63,865 nt of DNA from Chiloscyllium plagiosum (Eukaryota): assembly GCF_004010195.1 (NCBI RefSeq), contig NC_057746.1, forward strand, positions 18,462,187 to 18,526,051, in the 5' to 3' direction. The stretch's first letter is position 1, and every line of letters begins with the position of its first letter. Made by a program: the position numbers and the translations under genes. The notes under the pieces are model-generated. The model was not told the origin of the DNA, made no database searches, and saw nothing but the letters and a program-made list of their open reading frames with translations. This document shows positions 13,491-25,739 of the stretch, one piece after another.

Positions 13491-14139
13491 TACTACTCAA
13501 GACCTTACCTGTACGCACACCGAAAAAAAAGGAGGGAGTATTAGTTAGAGAGTATTTCATTCACATTTCTTTTCATTGATCAGTTTCTTTTTAAAATCAG
13601 CAGATGCTGTTGGAAATTCAATTTAAAATAGTTAGTATCCGAGTGAAGTAAGGTAAAGCTAGCTGGGCAGGCGATGTGCTGCAGCAATGGGAGAAAGTGA
13701 GGACTGCAGATGCTAGAGAATCCAAGTCGAAAAGTGTGGCGCTGGAAAAGCACAGCAGGTCGGGCACCATCCGAGGAGCAGGAGAGTTGACATTTCTGCA
13801 TAAACCCTTCATCAGGAGCGGGTGATCATGCTGACCTGGCGCTGCGAGGCAGCAGTGCTAACCACTGAGCTACCATGCTGTACCTCAACTGCTGTCTCAG
13901 AGACAGACAACATTATACCTGTAATTGACTTTTATTTTGCAATCATCTTTTGTGCTGCAAAACTGAGCTCCCAGTTGTTAGTTGCTTGAGGAACTTCAGC
14001 TTTGAGTTGATGAGCTTCAGTCTAAGACTGAAACACAGCTGGGAAAGAGAGAGTTATCTGCTCACTGTGTCTCACGAGACAGGCACATACCTAAGATTAA
14101 TATCATCAAATCTGGCCAGTGGTCAGGCACAATCAAATA

Positions 14140-14790
14140 CCCTTGAAAGTTGCCACCCAGGTTGACAGGGTTGTTAAGAAGGCATACAGTGTTTTAGCTT
14201 TTATTAATAGAGGGATTGAGTTCTGGAACCATGAGGTTATGCTGCAGCTGTACAAAACTCTGGTGCGGCCATACTTGGAGTATTGTGTACAGTTCTGGTC
14301 ACTGCATTATAGGAAGGAGGTGGAAGCTTTGGACAGGGTGCAGAGGAGATTTACCAGGATGTTGCCTGGTATGGAGGGAAGGTCTTACGAGGAAAGGCTG
14401 AGGGACTTGAGGCTGTTTTCGTTAGAGAGAAGAAAGTTGAGAGGTGACTTAATAGAGACATATGAGGGTTAGATAGGTTGGACAGGGAAAGCCTTTTTCC
14501 AAGTACGGTGACGGCAGGCACGAGGGGGCATAGCTTTAAATTGAGGGGTGATAGATATAGGACAGATGTCAGAGGTAGTTTCTTTACTCAGAGAGTAGTA
14601 AGGGTATGGAATGCTTTGCCTGCAACGGTAGTAGATTTGCCAACTTAAAGTGCATTTAAGTCATCATTGGACAAGCATATGGACGTACATGGAATAGTGT
14701 AGGTTAGATGGGCTTCAGATTGGTATGACAGGTCGGCGCAACATCGAGGGCCGAAGGGCCTGTGCTACGCTGTAATGTTCTATGTTCTAT
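14140..14790 (+). mobile_element. CR1-like LINE 3' portion with (ttctatg) tail
   Basis: QVDRVVKKAY..LYKTLVRPYLEYCVQFWS..VQRRFTRMLPG..LRGDLIE. Confidence 0.88.
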
Positions 14791-15354
14791 AACTGCAAAT
14801 AAGGTTGGCACTTGGGTTGAGAATTGAGCTTTAATATCTCCTCAGCCAGTGACCTTAGCGAATGGGTATGAGGTTCTTGCCCTCAGTGCGGTATCCTTGT
14901 TTCATTGGGGCAGGTTTCATTTGGACCACATTGGGGCCTGGCCTGGCGAATTGCAGATATTTGTTCCATCCACCCGTTCCAAAGTGCGATGGCACACCTC
15001 TGGAGCAGACTGGACTTGAGCATAGGCCTTCGGATGTAAGGTAGGGACACACCCATTGCATCATAGGAGCCCCTCCTGGCAAACTGTACAGCAATGGTCA
15101 TTGATGGAGCGTGAAAAAAGGGAAATTGGTGGGGCATGTTGGGATCTGGTTAGGGGATGTGTGCGGAGGAGGAGTTTCAACTGAAGGGAAGTTGAAAAAA
15201 AATCAAAATGAAACGAGCGGACTTCTAAGAAAGTGAAAAGATGAACGAAAATCAAAGAGCGACAGGAAGGAGCAACAAGTATAAACCAAAGTGTGCAACA
15301 GAAATTATAACCAGCAAAAGTAATCATGGTAAACTGTCAAAGCTAATAAAGCCA

Positions 15355-16390
15355 CAGAGCCATACAGCACGGAAACAGACCCTTCAGCCCAACCCGTCCG
15401 TGCTGACCAGATATCCCAACCTCATCTAGTCCCACCTGCCAGCACCCGGCCCATATCCCTCTAAACCCTTCCTATTCATATACCCATCCAAATGCCTTTT
15501 AAATGCTGTAATGGTAACAGCCTCCACCACACCCTCTGGCAGCTCATTCCATACACGCACCACCCTCTGTGTGAAAACGTTGTCCCTTTTATATCTTTCC
15601 CCTCTCACCCTAACCTTATGCCCTCTCGTTCTGTACTCCCCCACTTCAGGGAAAACACCTTGTCTATTTATCCTATCCATGCCCCTCATGATTTTATAAA
15701 CCTCTATAAGGTCACCCCTCAGCTGCCGACACTCCAGGGAAAACAGCCCCAGCCTGTTCAGCCTCTCCCTGTAGCTCAAACCCTCCAACCCTGCCAACAT
15801 CCTTGTAAATCTTTTCTGAACCCTTTTAAGTTTAACAAGGCCTCTTCTGGAATACTGTGTCCAGGTTTGGTCGCCCTGTTATAGGAAAGATATTATGAAG
15901 CTGGAGACGGTGTAGAAGAGATTTACCAGGGTGTAGCCAGGGATGGAGGGTTTGAGTTATGAAGAAAGGCTAGATAGGCTGGGACCTCTTTCACTGGACC
16001 TTGTGGAGGTTGAGAGATTACCTTATAGAAATTTATAAATTAATGAGGGGTACACAAGAGTTAGAGTTAATGGTAGTTGCCTTTTCCCTCGGGTGAGGGA
16101 TTTCAAGACTACGGGGCTCAGTTTTAAAGTGAGAGGGGAGAGATTTAAAAAAGGCATGAGGGACAAGTCTTTTACACAGACGGTGGTTTTTGTATGGAAT
16201 GAACTTTCTGAGTGGTGGCTATGGGAACAATTATAAAGTTTAAAAGACATTTGGATAAGTGCATGAATAGAAGAGGTTTGGAGGGATATGGGCTTGGAGC
16301 AGGCAGGTGGGGCTAGTTTAGTTTAGGATAATGTTCACCATGGACTGGTTGGACCAAAGGGTCTGCTTCTGTGCTATATGAATCTATAAC
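15355..16390. mobile_element. Two CR1-like 3' fragments head to head (minus 15355-15830, plus 15840-16390)
   Basis: LRGDLIEVYKIMRG..FTQRVVRVWNELP on minus; a homologous degenerate copy on plus. Confidence 0.8.
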
Positions 16391-16499
16391 ATCCTTTCTA
16401 TAGCAGGGAGACCAGAATTGAATCAAATATTCCATTAAGGTTCTTTATCTGTCTGTACATAATATTTGTAACAAGATAGATGAGTTGATGAGTTGGGGG

Positions 16500-17740
16500 G
16501 TGGGTGGGACCCAGAGAGATAGTGATATAAGAGATCAATCTGAGACTGGTACAGTTGAGAAAAGAAGTGAGGGCTAACAGTCAGGGCAGGCAGGGACAAA
16601 GCAGAGAACAAGGTAGGATTGATAAATTAAACTGTGTTTACTTCAATGCAAGGGGCCTAACAGGGAAGGCAGATGAACTCAGGGCATGGTTAGGAACATG
16701 GGACTGGGATATCATAACAATTACAGAAACATGGCTCAGGCATGGTCAAGACTGGCAGCTTAATGTTCCAGGATACAAATGCTACAGGAAGGATAGAAAG
16801 GGAGGCAAGAGAGGAGGGGAAGTGGCATTTTTGATAAGGGATAGCATTACAGCTGTGCTGAGGGAGGATATTCCCAGAGAAATAATCCAGGGAAGTTATT
16901 TGGGTGGAACTGAGAAATAAGAAAGTGATAATCACCTTATTGGGATTGTATTGTATATCCCCGAACAGTCAGAGGGAAATTGAGAAACAAACTTGTAAGG
17001 AGATCCCAGCTATCTGTAAGAATGATAGGGTGGTTATGGTAGGGGATTTTAACTTTCCAAACATCGACTTCAAAGTAGAATCGAAGATAGATAGGATAGT
17101 GAAGAAGGCGTTTGGTATGCTTTCCTTTATTGGTCAGAGTATTGAGCACAGGAGTTGGAAGGTCACATTGCAATTGTACAGGGCATTGGTTACGCCACTG
17201 TTGGAATATTGCATGCAATTCTTGTCTCCTTCCTATCGGAAAGATGTTGTGAAACTTGAAACGGTTGGAAAAAGATTTACAAGGATGTTGCCAGGCTTGG
17301 AGGATTTGAGCTATAGGGACAGGCTGAACAGGCTGGGACTGTTTTCCCTGGTGCGTCGGAGGCTGAGGGGTGACATTACAGAGGTTTATAAAATTGTGAG
17401 GGGCATGGATAGGATAAATAGACAAAGTCTTTTCCATGGGGTGGGGGAACTAGAGGGCACAGGTTTAGGATGAGAGGGTCAAGATATAAAAGAGACCTAA
17501 GGGGCAACTTTTTCACGCAGAGCGTGTTATGTGTGTGGAATGAACTGCCTGAGGAAGTGATGGAGGCACAAATACAATATTTAAAAAGCATCTGGATGAG
17601 TATATGAATAGGAAGGGTTTAGAGGGATATGGGCCAGGTAGGTGGGACTAGATTGAGTTGGGATATCTGGTTGGCATGGACGAGTTGGACCGAAGGGTCT
17701 GTTTCTGTGCTGTACATCTCTATGATTCTCTGACTCTATT
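16500..17740 (+). mobile_element. CR1-like LINE: APE endonuclease N-terminus joined directly to the post-RT C-terminus
   Basis: CVYFNARGL, ITETWL, GGEVAFLI, MVGDFNFPNID, followed at about 17070 by KVESKIDRIVKKAFGML; the RT core is absent. Confidence 0.85.
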
Positions 17741-17749
17741 TTATAGCTG

Positions 17750-17952
17750 ATGGAAATGTGTTGCTGGAGAAGCGCAGCAGGTCAGGCAGCATCTAGGGAA
17801 CAGGAGAATCGACGTTTCGGGCATTAGCCCTTCTTCAGGCTAATGCCCGAAACGTCGATTCTCCTGTTCCCTAGATGCTGCCTGACCTGCTGCGCTTCTC
17901 CAGCAACACATTTCCATCTCTGATCTCCAGCATCTGCAGACCTCATTTTCTC
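17750..17952. mobile_element. Palindromic Penelope-like terminal-repeat insertion
   Basis: About 80-bp perfect inverted repeat; 16-bp TSD ctctattttatagctg at 17734-17749 and 17953-17968. Confidence 0.85.
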
Positions 17953-18379
17953 CTCTATTTTATAGCTGTTACACAGATACAGTTATAGCATGACCAAGGC
18001 AGGGAACCCAATATTTAATGGTATTCCCCATTCTGAAAGGTAGGCAAAAAGGAAAAGGAGGTGGGGTGGCATTGTTGACAAAGGATTTTTGCAGTACACT
18101 GATGACTAGTGAAATAGGTGCAATGGACTGTCATGTCAAATCAACTTGGATGAAAAAGTTGAACAAGGGAAGGAAATCGCAGGTGGAGGTTGCCCGTAAG
18201 CCCTCAAGGATTGCCTCATTGAGGGACAAAGTATAAATCAGGAAACAACAGAGGTGGGCATCATCACAGAATCCCTACAGTGAAGCAGTCCATTTGGCCC
18301 ATTGAATCCACACTGACCCTCCAAAGAACATCCCACCCTATAACATTGCATTTCCCGTGGCTAATCCACATAGCCTACA

Positions 18380-20355
18380 CGCTATTCATCTCCAACACAC
18401 TGCATCCACCTGGACACCCCGCGCTGGCCTGTTACCCACCCTCAACCTCTTCATTTCCAACTGCAGCCGAGACATTAACCGCCTCAAACTGCCTACCACC
18501 CTCCCCCACTCCAACCTCTCACCCTCACAATGCGCAGCCCTCCACTCCCTCTGCTCCAATCCTGACCTCACCATCAAACCAGCGAATAAAGGGGGTGCAG
18601 TGGTAGTTTGGCGCACTGACCTCTACACCGCTGAAGCCAGGCGCCAACACGAAGACACCTCCTCCTCCCACCCCTCATCACCAAACCATCATCTCCCACA
18701 CCATACAAACCTCATCGCCTCAGGAGATCTCCCACCCACACCTCATAGTCTGGGAACCCCGCACTGCCCGGTTCTACCTCCTTCCCAAGATCCACAAGCC
18801 TGACCACCCTGGCCGACCCATTGTCTCAGCATGCTCCTGCCCCACTGAACTCATCTCCACCTACCTCAACACTGTCCTATCCCCCTAGGTCCAGGAACTC
18901 CCCACATACATTCGAGACACCACCCATGCCCTCCACCTCCTCCAAGACTTCCGTTTCCCCAGCCCCCAATGCCTCATCTTCANNNNNNNNNNNNNNNNNN
19001 NNNNNNNNNNNNNNNNNNNNNNNNNNNNNNNNNNNNNNNNNNNNNNNNNNNNNNNNNNNNNNNNNNNNNNNNNNNNNNNNNNNNNNNNNNNNNNNNNNNN
19101 NNNNNNNNNNNNNNNNNNNNNNNNNNNNNNNNNNNNNNNNNNNNNNNNNNNNNNNNNNNNNNNNNNNNNNNNNNNNNNNNNNNNNNNNNNNNNNNNNNNN
19201 NNNNNNNNNNNNNNNNNNNNNNNNNNNNNNNNNNNNNNNNNNNNNNNNNNNNNNNNNNNNNNNNNNNNNNNNNNNNNNNNNNNNNNNNNNNNNNNNNNNN
19301 NNNNNNNNNNNNNNNNNNNNNNNNNNNNNNNNNNNNNNNNNNNNNNNNNNNNNNNNNNNNNNNNNNNNNNNNNNNNNNNNNNNNNNNNNNNNNNNNNNNN
19401 NNNNNNNNNNNNNNNNNNNNNNNNNNNNNNNNNNNNNNNNNNNNNNNNNNNNNNNNNNNNNNTGACATTTCCACCACCTACAAACGGACCCCAACACCAG
19501 GGATATATTTCCCTCCCCACCCCTATCCGCTTTCCGTAAAGAACATTCTCTCCAAAACTCCCTGATCAGGTCCACACCCCCCAACAACCCACCCTCCCTT
19601 CCTGGCACCCTCCCCTGCCACCGCAGGAATTGCAAAACCTGTGCCCACACCTCCTCCCTCAGCTCCGTCCAAGGCCCCAAAGTAGCCTTCCACATCCACC
19701 AACGTTTCACCTGCACTTCCACCAATGTCATTTATTGTATCCCTTGCTCCCGATGTGGTCTCCTCTACATTGGGGAGACTAGACGCCAACTCATGGTTCG
19801 CTTCAGAGAACATCTCCCGGACACCCGCACCCCGTGGCCAAACACTTCAACATCCCCTCCCACTCTGCCAACGACATGCTGATCCTGGGCCTCCTCCATC
19901 ACCAAACCCTAACTACCTGATGCCTGGAGGAAGAATGCCTCATCTTCCGCCTCAGACTCCTCCAACCCCAGGGCATCAAGGTGGATTTCACCAGTTTCCT
20001 CATTTCCCCTCCCCCCCTCACCTTATGCCAGTTCCAAACTTCCAGCTCAGCACCGCCCTCATGATCTGTCCCATCTGTCTATGTTCCTTCCCACCTATCT
20101 GCTCCACCCTCCCCTCTGACCTATCACCTTTACCCCCACCTCCAACCACCTATCACACTCTCAGCTACTTTCTCCCCCAACCCCACCACCTTCCCATTTA
20201 TGTCACCACCCCCTTTGCTCACAGCCTCTTTCCTGATGGAGGGCTTTTGCCTGAAACATCGATTTCCTGCTCCCCGGATGCTGCTTGACCTGATGTGCTT
20301 TTTCAGATCCACATTCTTGACTCTAATCTCCAGCATCTGCAGTCCTCACTTTCGC
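18380..20355 (+). mobile_element. Penelope-like retroelement (RT + GIY-YIG), degenerate, spanning a gap
   Basis: [70 protein letters not shown]; ends in the hammerhead-containing terminal repeat. Confidence 0.85.
18983..19462. other. Assembly gap
   Basis: Run of N. Confidence 1.
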
Positions 20356-20405
20356 TGAGTTACTGCAGGATGCTTAGCCTCTGACCTGTCCATGTCTTCA
20401 TAGTA

Positions 20406-20577
20406 CAGAGGAACTTCAATTATCCAAAGTATATGGGCTGGGAGTATTTCGTTTAGTTAATTGAATGCTGGAGAATCGAGTGTCAGATAATATAGTTCAC
20501 CAAACATCAGACTTGCGATCATGTTCGAATAATCCGAAATTTGTTTAATCAAATGCAGGATAATCGAGGTTCCTCTG
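20406..20577. mobile_element. Short MITE (172 bp), same inverted-repeat family as 3762-4391
   Basis: TA-CAGAGGAACTTCAATTATCC ... GGATAATCGAGGTTCCTCTG-TA. Confidence 0.8.
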
Positions 20578-20949
20578 TATTTGTGAGCGTGGGTCTGTGA
20601 GAATGCACCTGTGAGTGTATATCTTGCTATGTCTTAGTGGGAGTGTGTCTGTGAGAGTACATTGGAAAGTGTGTAAGTTGTGTATCTGTGAGCATATATC
20701 TGTTGGTATATGTCCATGAGGCTGTGTATTTGAGAGCCTGAATCTTGTTCTGTATCTTTTAGAGTATGTTTGTGAGCGTGTGGATCTGTGTTGAGTATCA
20801 GTGGGAGTGCATATGGAAGCATGTGGCTGTGTGTGTATGTGCATCTGCGACAATGTCTATCATGTACTGAAATGCAACAGCGTGTGTATCTGAGCTATGT
20901 GTCTGTGAAAGTGTCCATCTGTGTGCATGTGTTATGTGCCGGTGAGTGC

Positions 20950-22320
20950 GACTATCTGTGGTGTGTGTCTGTGACAGTCTGTATCTGTGTTGTGTGTCTG
21001 TGACAGTGTCCATCTATATTTTCTGTCTGTGACAGTCTATGTATGTGGTGTGCATGTATCTGTGTTGTGTTTCTGTGACAGTGTCTACCTACAGTGTGTG
21101 CATGTATCTGTGGTGTGTGTCTGTGACAGTGTCTACCTGCAGTGTGTGCATGTATCTGTGTTGTGTTTCTGTGACAGTGTCTACCTGCAGTGTGTGCATG
21201 TATCTGTGGTGAGTGTCTGTGACAGTGTCTACCTGCAGTGTGTGCATGTATCTGTGGTGAGTGTCTGTGACAGTGTCTACCTGCAGTGTGTGCATGTATC
21301 TGTGGTGAGTGTCTGTGACAGTGTCTACCTGCAGTGTGTGCATGTATCTGTGGTGAGTGTCTGTGACAGTGTCTACCTGCAGTGTGTGCATGTATCTGTG
21401 GTGAGTGTCTGTGACAGTGTCTACCTGCAGTGTGTGCATGTATCTGTGGTGAGTGTCTGTGACAGTGTCTACCTGCAGTGTGTGCATGTATCTGTGGTGA
21501 GTGTCTGTGACAGTGTCTACCTGCAGTGTGTGCATGTATCTGTGGTGAGTGTCTGTGACAGTGTCTACCTGCATGGTGTGCATGTATCTGTGTTGTGTTT
21601 CTGTGACAGTGTCTACCTGCAGTGTGTGCATGTATCTGTGGTGTGTGTCTGTGACAGTGTCTACCTGCAGTGTGTGCATGTATCTGTGTTGTGTTTCTGT
21701 GACAGTGTCTACCTGCAGTGTGTGCATGTATCTGTGGTGAGTGTCTGTGACAGTGTCTACCTGCAGTGTGTGCATGTATCTGTGTTATGTGTCTGTGACA
21801 GTGTCTACCTGCAGTGTGTGCTTGTATCTGTGTTGTGTATCTGTGACAGTGTCTATCTGCAGTGCGTGCATGTATCTGAGTTGTGTGTCTGTGACAGTGT
21901 CTACCTGCAGTGTGTGCATATATCTGTGGTGTGTGTCTGTGACAGTGGTCTACCTGCAGTGTGTGCATGTATCTGTGTTGTGTGTCTGTGACAGTGTCTA
22001 TCTGCAGTGCGTGCATGTATCTGTGTTGTGTGTCTGTGACAATGTCTACCTGCAGGTGTGCATGTATCTGTGGTGTGTGTCTGTGACAGTGTCTACCTGC
22101 AATGTGTGCATATATCTGTGTTGTGTATCTGTGACAGTGTCTACCTGCAGTGTGTGCATATATCCGTGTTGTGTTTCCTGTGACAGTGTCTACCTGCAGG
22201 TGTGCATGTATCTGTGTTGTGTGTCTGTGACAGTGTCTACCTGCAATGTGTGCATGTATCTGTGTTGTGTTTCTGTGACAATGTCTACCTGCAATGTGTG
22301 CATGTATCTGTGGTGTGATT
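20950..22320. repeat. Minisatellite, 48-bp unit (gtctgtgacagtgtctacctgcagtgtgtgcatgtatctgtggtgagt), roughly 27 copies
   Basis: Visible tandem array; 16-aa periodicity in the ORF translations on both strands. Confidence 0.95.
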
Positions 22321-22549
22321 GTGCCTATGACAGTCTGTATCTGCGTTGTGTGACTAACAGATTGTATCTGTGGTGTGCATACATTTGTGCTGTGTCTCTG
22401 TGACAGTCTGTATCGTGTTGTGTGACTAACAGGGTATACCTGTGGTGTGTACGTATCTGTGTTGTGTGTCTATGACAGTGTCTGTGTATGGTGTATGTGA
22501 TTATGTTGTGTGTCTGTAACAGTACTTATCTGCAGCATATGTCTCTATA

Positions 22550-23600
22550 CTGTGTGTCTGTGACAGTCCATATCTGTGTTGTGTGTCTGTGACAGTGTGT
22601 ATTTATGTCGTGTGTCTGTGACAGTGTGTATCTGTGGTGTGTATGTGTCTGTGACAGTGTGTATATGTAGTGTATATCTGTTTGTGTTGTGTGTCTGTGA
22701 CAGTGCATATCTGTGTTGTGTGTCTGTGACAGTGTGTATCTGTGGTGTATATGTGTCTGTGACAGTGTGTATCTGTGGTGTGTATGTGTCTGTGACAGTG
22801 TGTATCTGTGGTGTATATCTGTCTGTGCTGTGTGTCTGTGATGGTCCATATCTGTGTTGTGTGTCTGTGACAGTGTATATCTGTGGTGTATATGTGTCTG
22901 TGACAGTGCGTACCTGTAGTGTATATGTGTCTGTGACAGTGTGTATCTGTAGTGTATATCTGTATGTGTTGTGTGTCTGTGACAGTCCATATCTGTGTTG
23001 TGTGTCTGTGACAGTGTGTATCTGTGGTGTCTATGTGTCTGTGACAGTGCATATCTGTAGTGTATATGTGTCTGTGACAGTGCGTATCTGTAGTGTATAT
23101 GTGTCTGTGACAGTGTGTATCTGTAGTGTATATGTCTCTGTTCTGTGTGTCTGTGACAGTCCATATCTGTGTTGTGTGTCTGTGACAATGTGTATCTGTG
23201 GTGTGTATGTGTCTGTGGCAGTGTGTATCTGTAGTGTATATCTGTTTGCGTTGTGTGTCTGTGACAGTCCATATCTGTGTTGTGTGTCTGTGACAGTGTA
23301 TATCTGTGGTGTATATGTGTCTGTGACAGTGCGTACCTGTAGTGTATATGTGTCTGTGACAGTGTGTATCTGTAGTGTATATGTGTCTGTGTTGTGTGTC
23401 TGTGACAGTCCATATCTGTGTTGTGTGTCTGTGGCAGTGTGTACCTGTGGTGTATATTTGTCTGTGACAGTGTGTATCTGCGGTGTATATCTGTTTGTGT
23501 TGTGTGTCTGTGACAGTGCATATCTGTGTTGTGTGTCTGTGACAGTGTGTATCTGTGGTGTATATGTGTCTGTGTTGTGTGTCTGTGACAGTGTGCATGT
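22550..23600. repeat. Second, composite minisatellite sharing the tctgtgacagt core (about 29-, 33- and 46-bp subunits in mixed order)
   Basis: Subunits such as gtgtctgtgacagtgtgtatctgtggtgtatat and gtgtctgtgacagtccatatctgtgttgt interleave. Confidence 0.9.
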
Positions 23601-23719
23601 CTGTACCTGTATGTACATGTGTTATGTATGTGTGAGCATGTTTTGTGAGCGCATGTCTGTGAGCATGTGCACATGTGCCGTTGAGAGTGTATCTTGTGTT
23701 GTTTATGAGTGTTTATGCT

Positions 23720-25390
23720 ATACTGTGGAGAAGGACATGGAAGATATAGAATGTAGGGAAATAGATGGTGACATCTTGAAAAATGTCCATATTACAGAGG
23801 AGGAAGTGCTGGATGTCTTGAAAAACATAAAAGTGGATAAATTCCTGGGATTTCATCAGGTGTACTCTCAAACTCAGTGGTAAGCTAGGAAAGTGATTGC
23901 TGGGCCTCATGCTGAGATAATTGTATCATTGATAGTCACAGGTGAGGTGACGGAAGACTGGAGGTTGACTAATGTGTTATCATTATTTAGGAAAGGTGGT
24001 AAGGAAAAGCCAGGGAACTATCGACCAGTCAGCCTGACCTCGGTGGTTAGCAAGTTATTTGAGGGAATCCTGAGGGACAGGATGTACATGTATTTGGAAA
24101 GGCAAGGACTGATTAGGGATAGTCATCATGGCTTTGCATGGAAAATCATGTCTCACAAATGTGGTTGAGTTTTTTGAAGAAGTAACAAAGAGGACTGATT
24201 AGGGCAGAGTGGTGGACATGATCTACATGGAATTCAGTAAGGTGTTCATCAAGGTTCCCCATGGGAGACTGGTTAGCAAGGTTAGATCTCATGGAACACA
24301 GGGAGAACTAGCCATTTGGATACAGAACTGGCTTAAAGGTAGAAGACAGAGGGTGGTGGTGGAAGGTTGTTTTTCAGACTGGAGGCCTGTGACCAGTAGA
24401 GTGTCACAAGAATCAGTGCTGGGTCCTCTGCATTTCATCATTTATATAAATGATTTGGGAGTGAGCATAAAAGGTACAGTTAGTAAGTTTGCAGATGACA
24501 CCAAAATTGGAGGTTTGGTGGACAGTGAAGAAGGTGATCTCAGAGTACAAGGGGAATTTGATCAGATGGGCCAATGGGCTGAGAAGTGGCAGATGGAGTT
24601 TAATTCAGATAAATCTGAGGTGTTGCATTTTGGAAAAGCAAATCATAGCAGGACTTATACACTTAAAGGTAAGGTCCTAGGGAGTGTTGCTGAACAAAGA
24701 AACCTTGGAGTGCAGGTTCATAGCTCCTTGAAAGTGGAGTCCCAGGTAGATAGGATAGTGAAGAAGGCGTTTGGTATGCTTTCAGGTTTATAAAATCATG
24801 AGGGGCATGGATATGATAAATAGATAAGGTCTTTTCCCTGGGGTGAGTGAGTCCAGAGCTAGAAGGCATAAGTTTAGGGTGAGAGGGGAAAGATATAAAA
24901 GGGATCTAAGGGTCAACTATTTCACACAGAGGGTGGGTACGTGTATGGAATGAGCTGCCAGAGGAAGTGGTGGAGGCTGGTACAATTACAGCATTTAAAA
25001 GGCATCTGGATGGGTACATGAATAGGAAGGGTTTAGAGGGATATGGGCCATGTGCTGGCAAATGGGACTGCATTGGGTTGGGATATCTGGTCGGGATGGA
25101 CCAGTTGGACTGAAAATGTGTTGCTGGAAAAGCGCAGCAGGTCAGGCAGCATCCAAGGAACAGGAGAATTGACGTTTCGGGAATGAGCCCTTCCTGACCT
25201 GATTCCTGATTCCTGGAGAAGGGCTCATGCCCGAAACGTCGATCCTCCTGTTCCTTGGATGCTGCCTGACCTGCTGCGCTTTTCCAGCAACACATTTTCA
25301 GCTCTGATCTCCAGCATCTGCAGACCTCACTTTCTCCATGGACCAGTTGGACCTCAGGGTCTGTTGCCGTGCTGTACATCTCTATGACTC
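23720..25390 (+). mobile_element. CR1/HER1-like LINE with degenerate RT domain
   Basis: PGNYRPVSLTSVVSK, FSKVFIKVPHGRL, SVLGPLHFIIYINDL, KFADDTKIGG; stops and frameshifts; 3' UTR interrupted at 25111-25337. Confidence 0.9.
25111..25337. mobile_element. Palindromic Penelope-like insertion within the CR1 3' UTR
   Basis: Inverted arms; 15-bp TSD atggaccagttggac at 25096-25110 and 25338-25352. Confidence 0.85.
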
Positions 25391-25739
25391 GATATCAGCC
25401 TGTGGAGACGGTGTCCCGTGAGACTGTGCCACTGAGTGTATGCATTGTATCTGCGGGTGTGTGTGATAGGGTGTTATGTGTGCTGTGTACGTGTAAGTGA
25501 GCGTGTGTGCTGTATCCGTTGCGTTTGTGATGGTGTGTCTGTGAGTGTATCAGTGTTGCACGCCTGTTAGTGCGTGTCTTAATAAGTGTGCGCGTTAATA
25601 TTGTGTAACCTGAGGGTGTCTGAGTTTCTGCACGTGTTTTCTTTTTTTATAGATTGTACAGATTTATGGGAACCTGTCTGTCACCGTGTGTGTGTGTGCG
25701 TGTGTATGTGTGGGTGTCACATCTTGGTTTCTGTGCGAG

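Noticed and set aside
20950-23600. CRISPR-like or recombination-signal array (gacagtg resembles the heptamer cacagtg)
   Set aside because: No unique spacers and the context is vertebrate; the critical CAC is altered and no spaced nonamer was seen.
20952-23883. Long ORFs (228-435 aa) on both strands
   Set aside because: Artefacts of stop-poor tandem repeats; open in several frames, with no domain signature or splice context.
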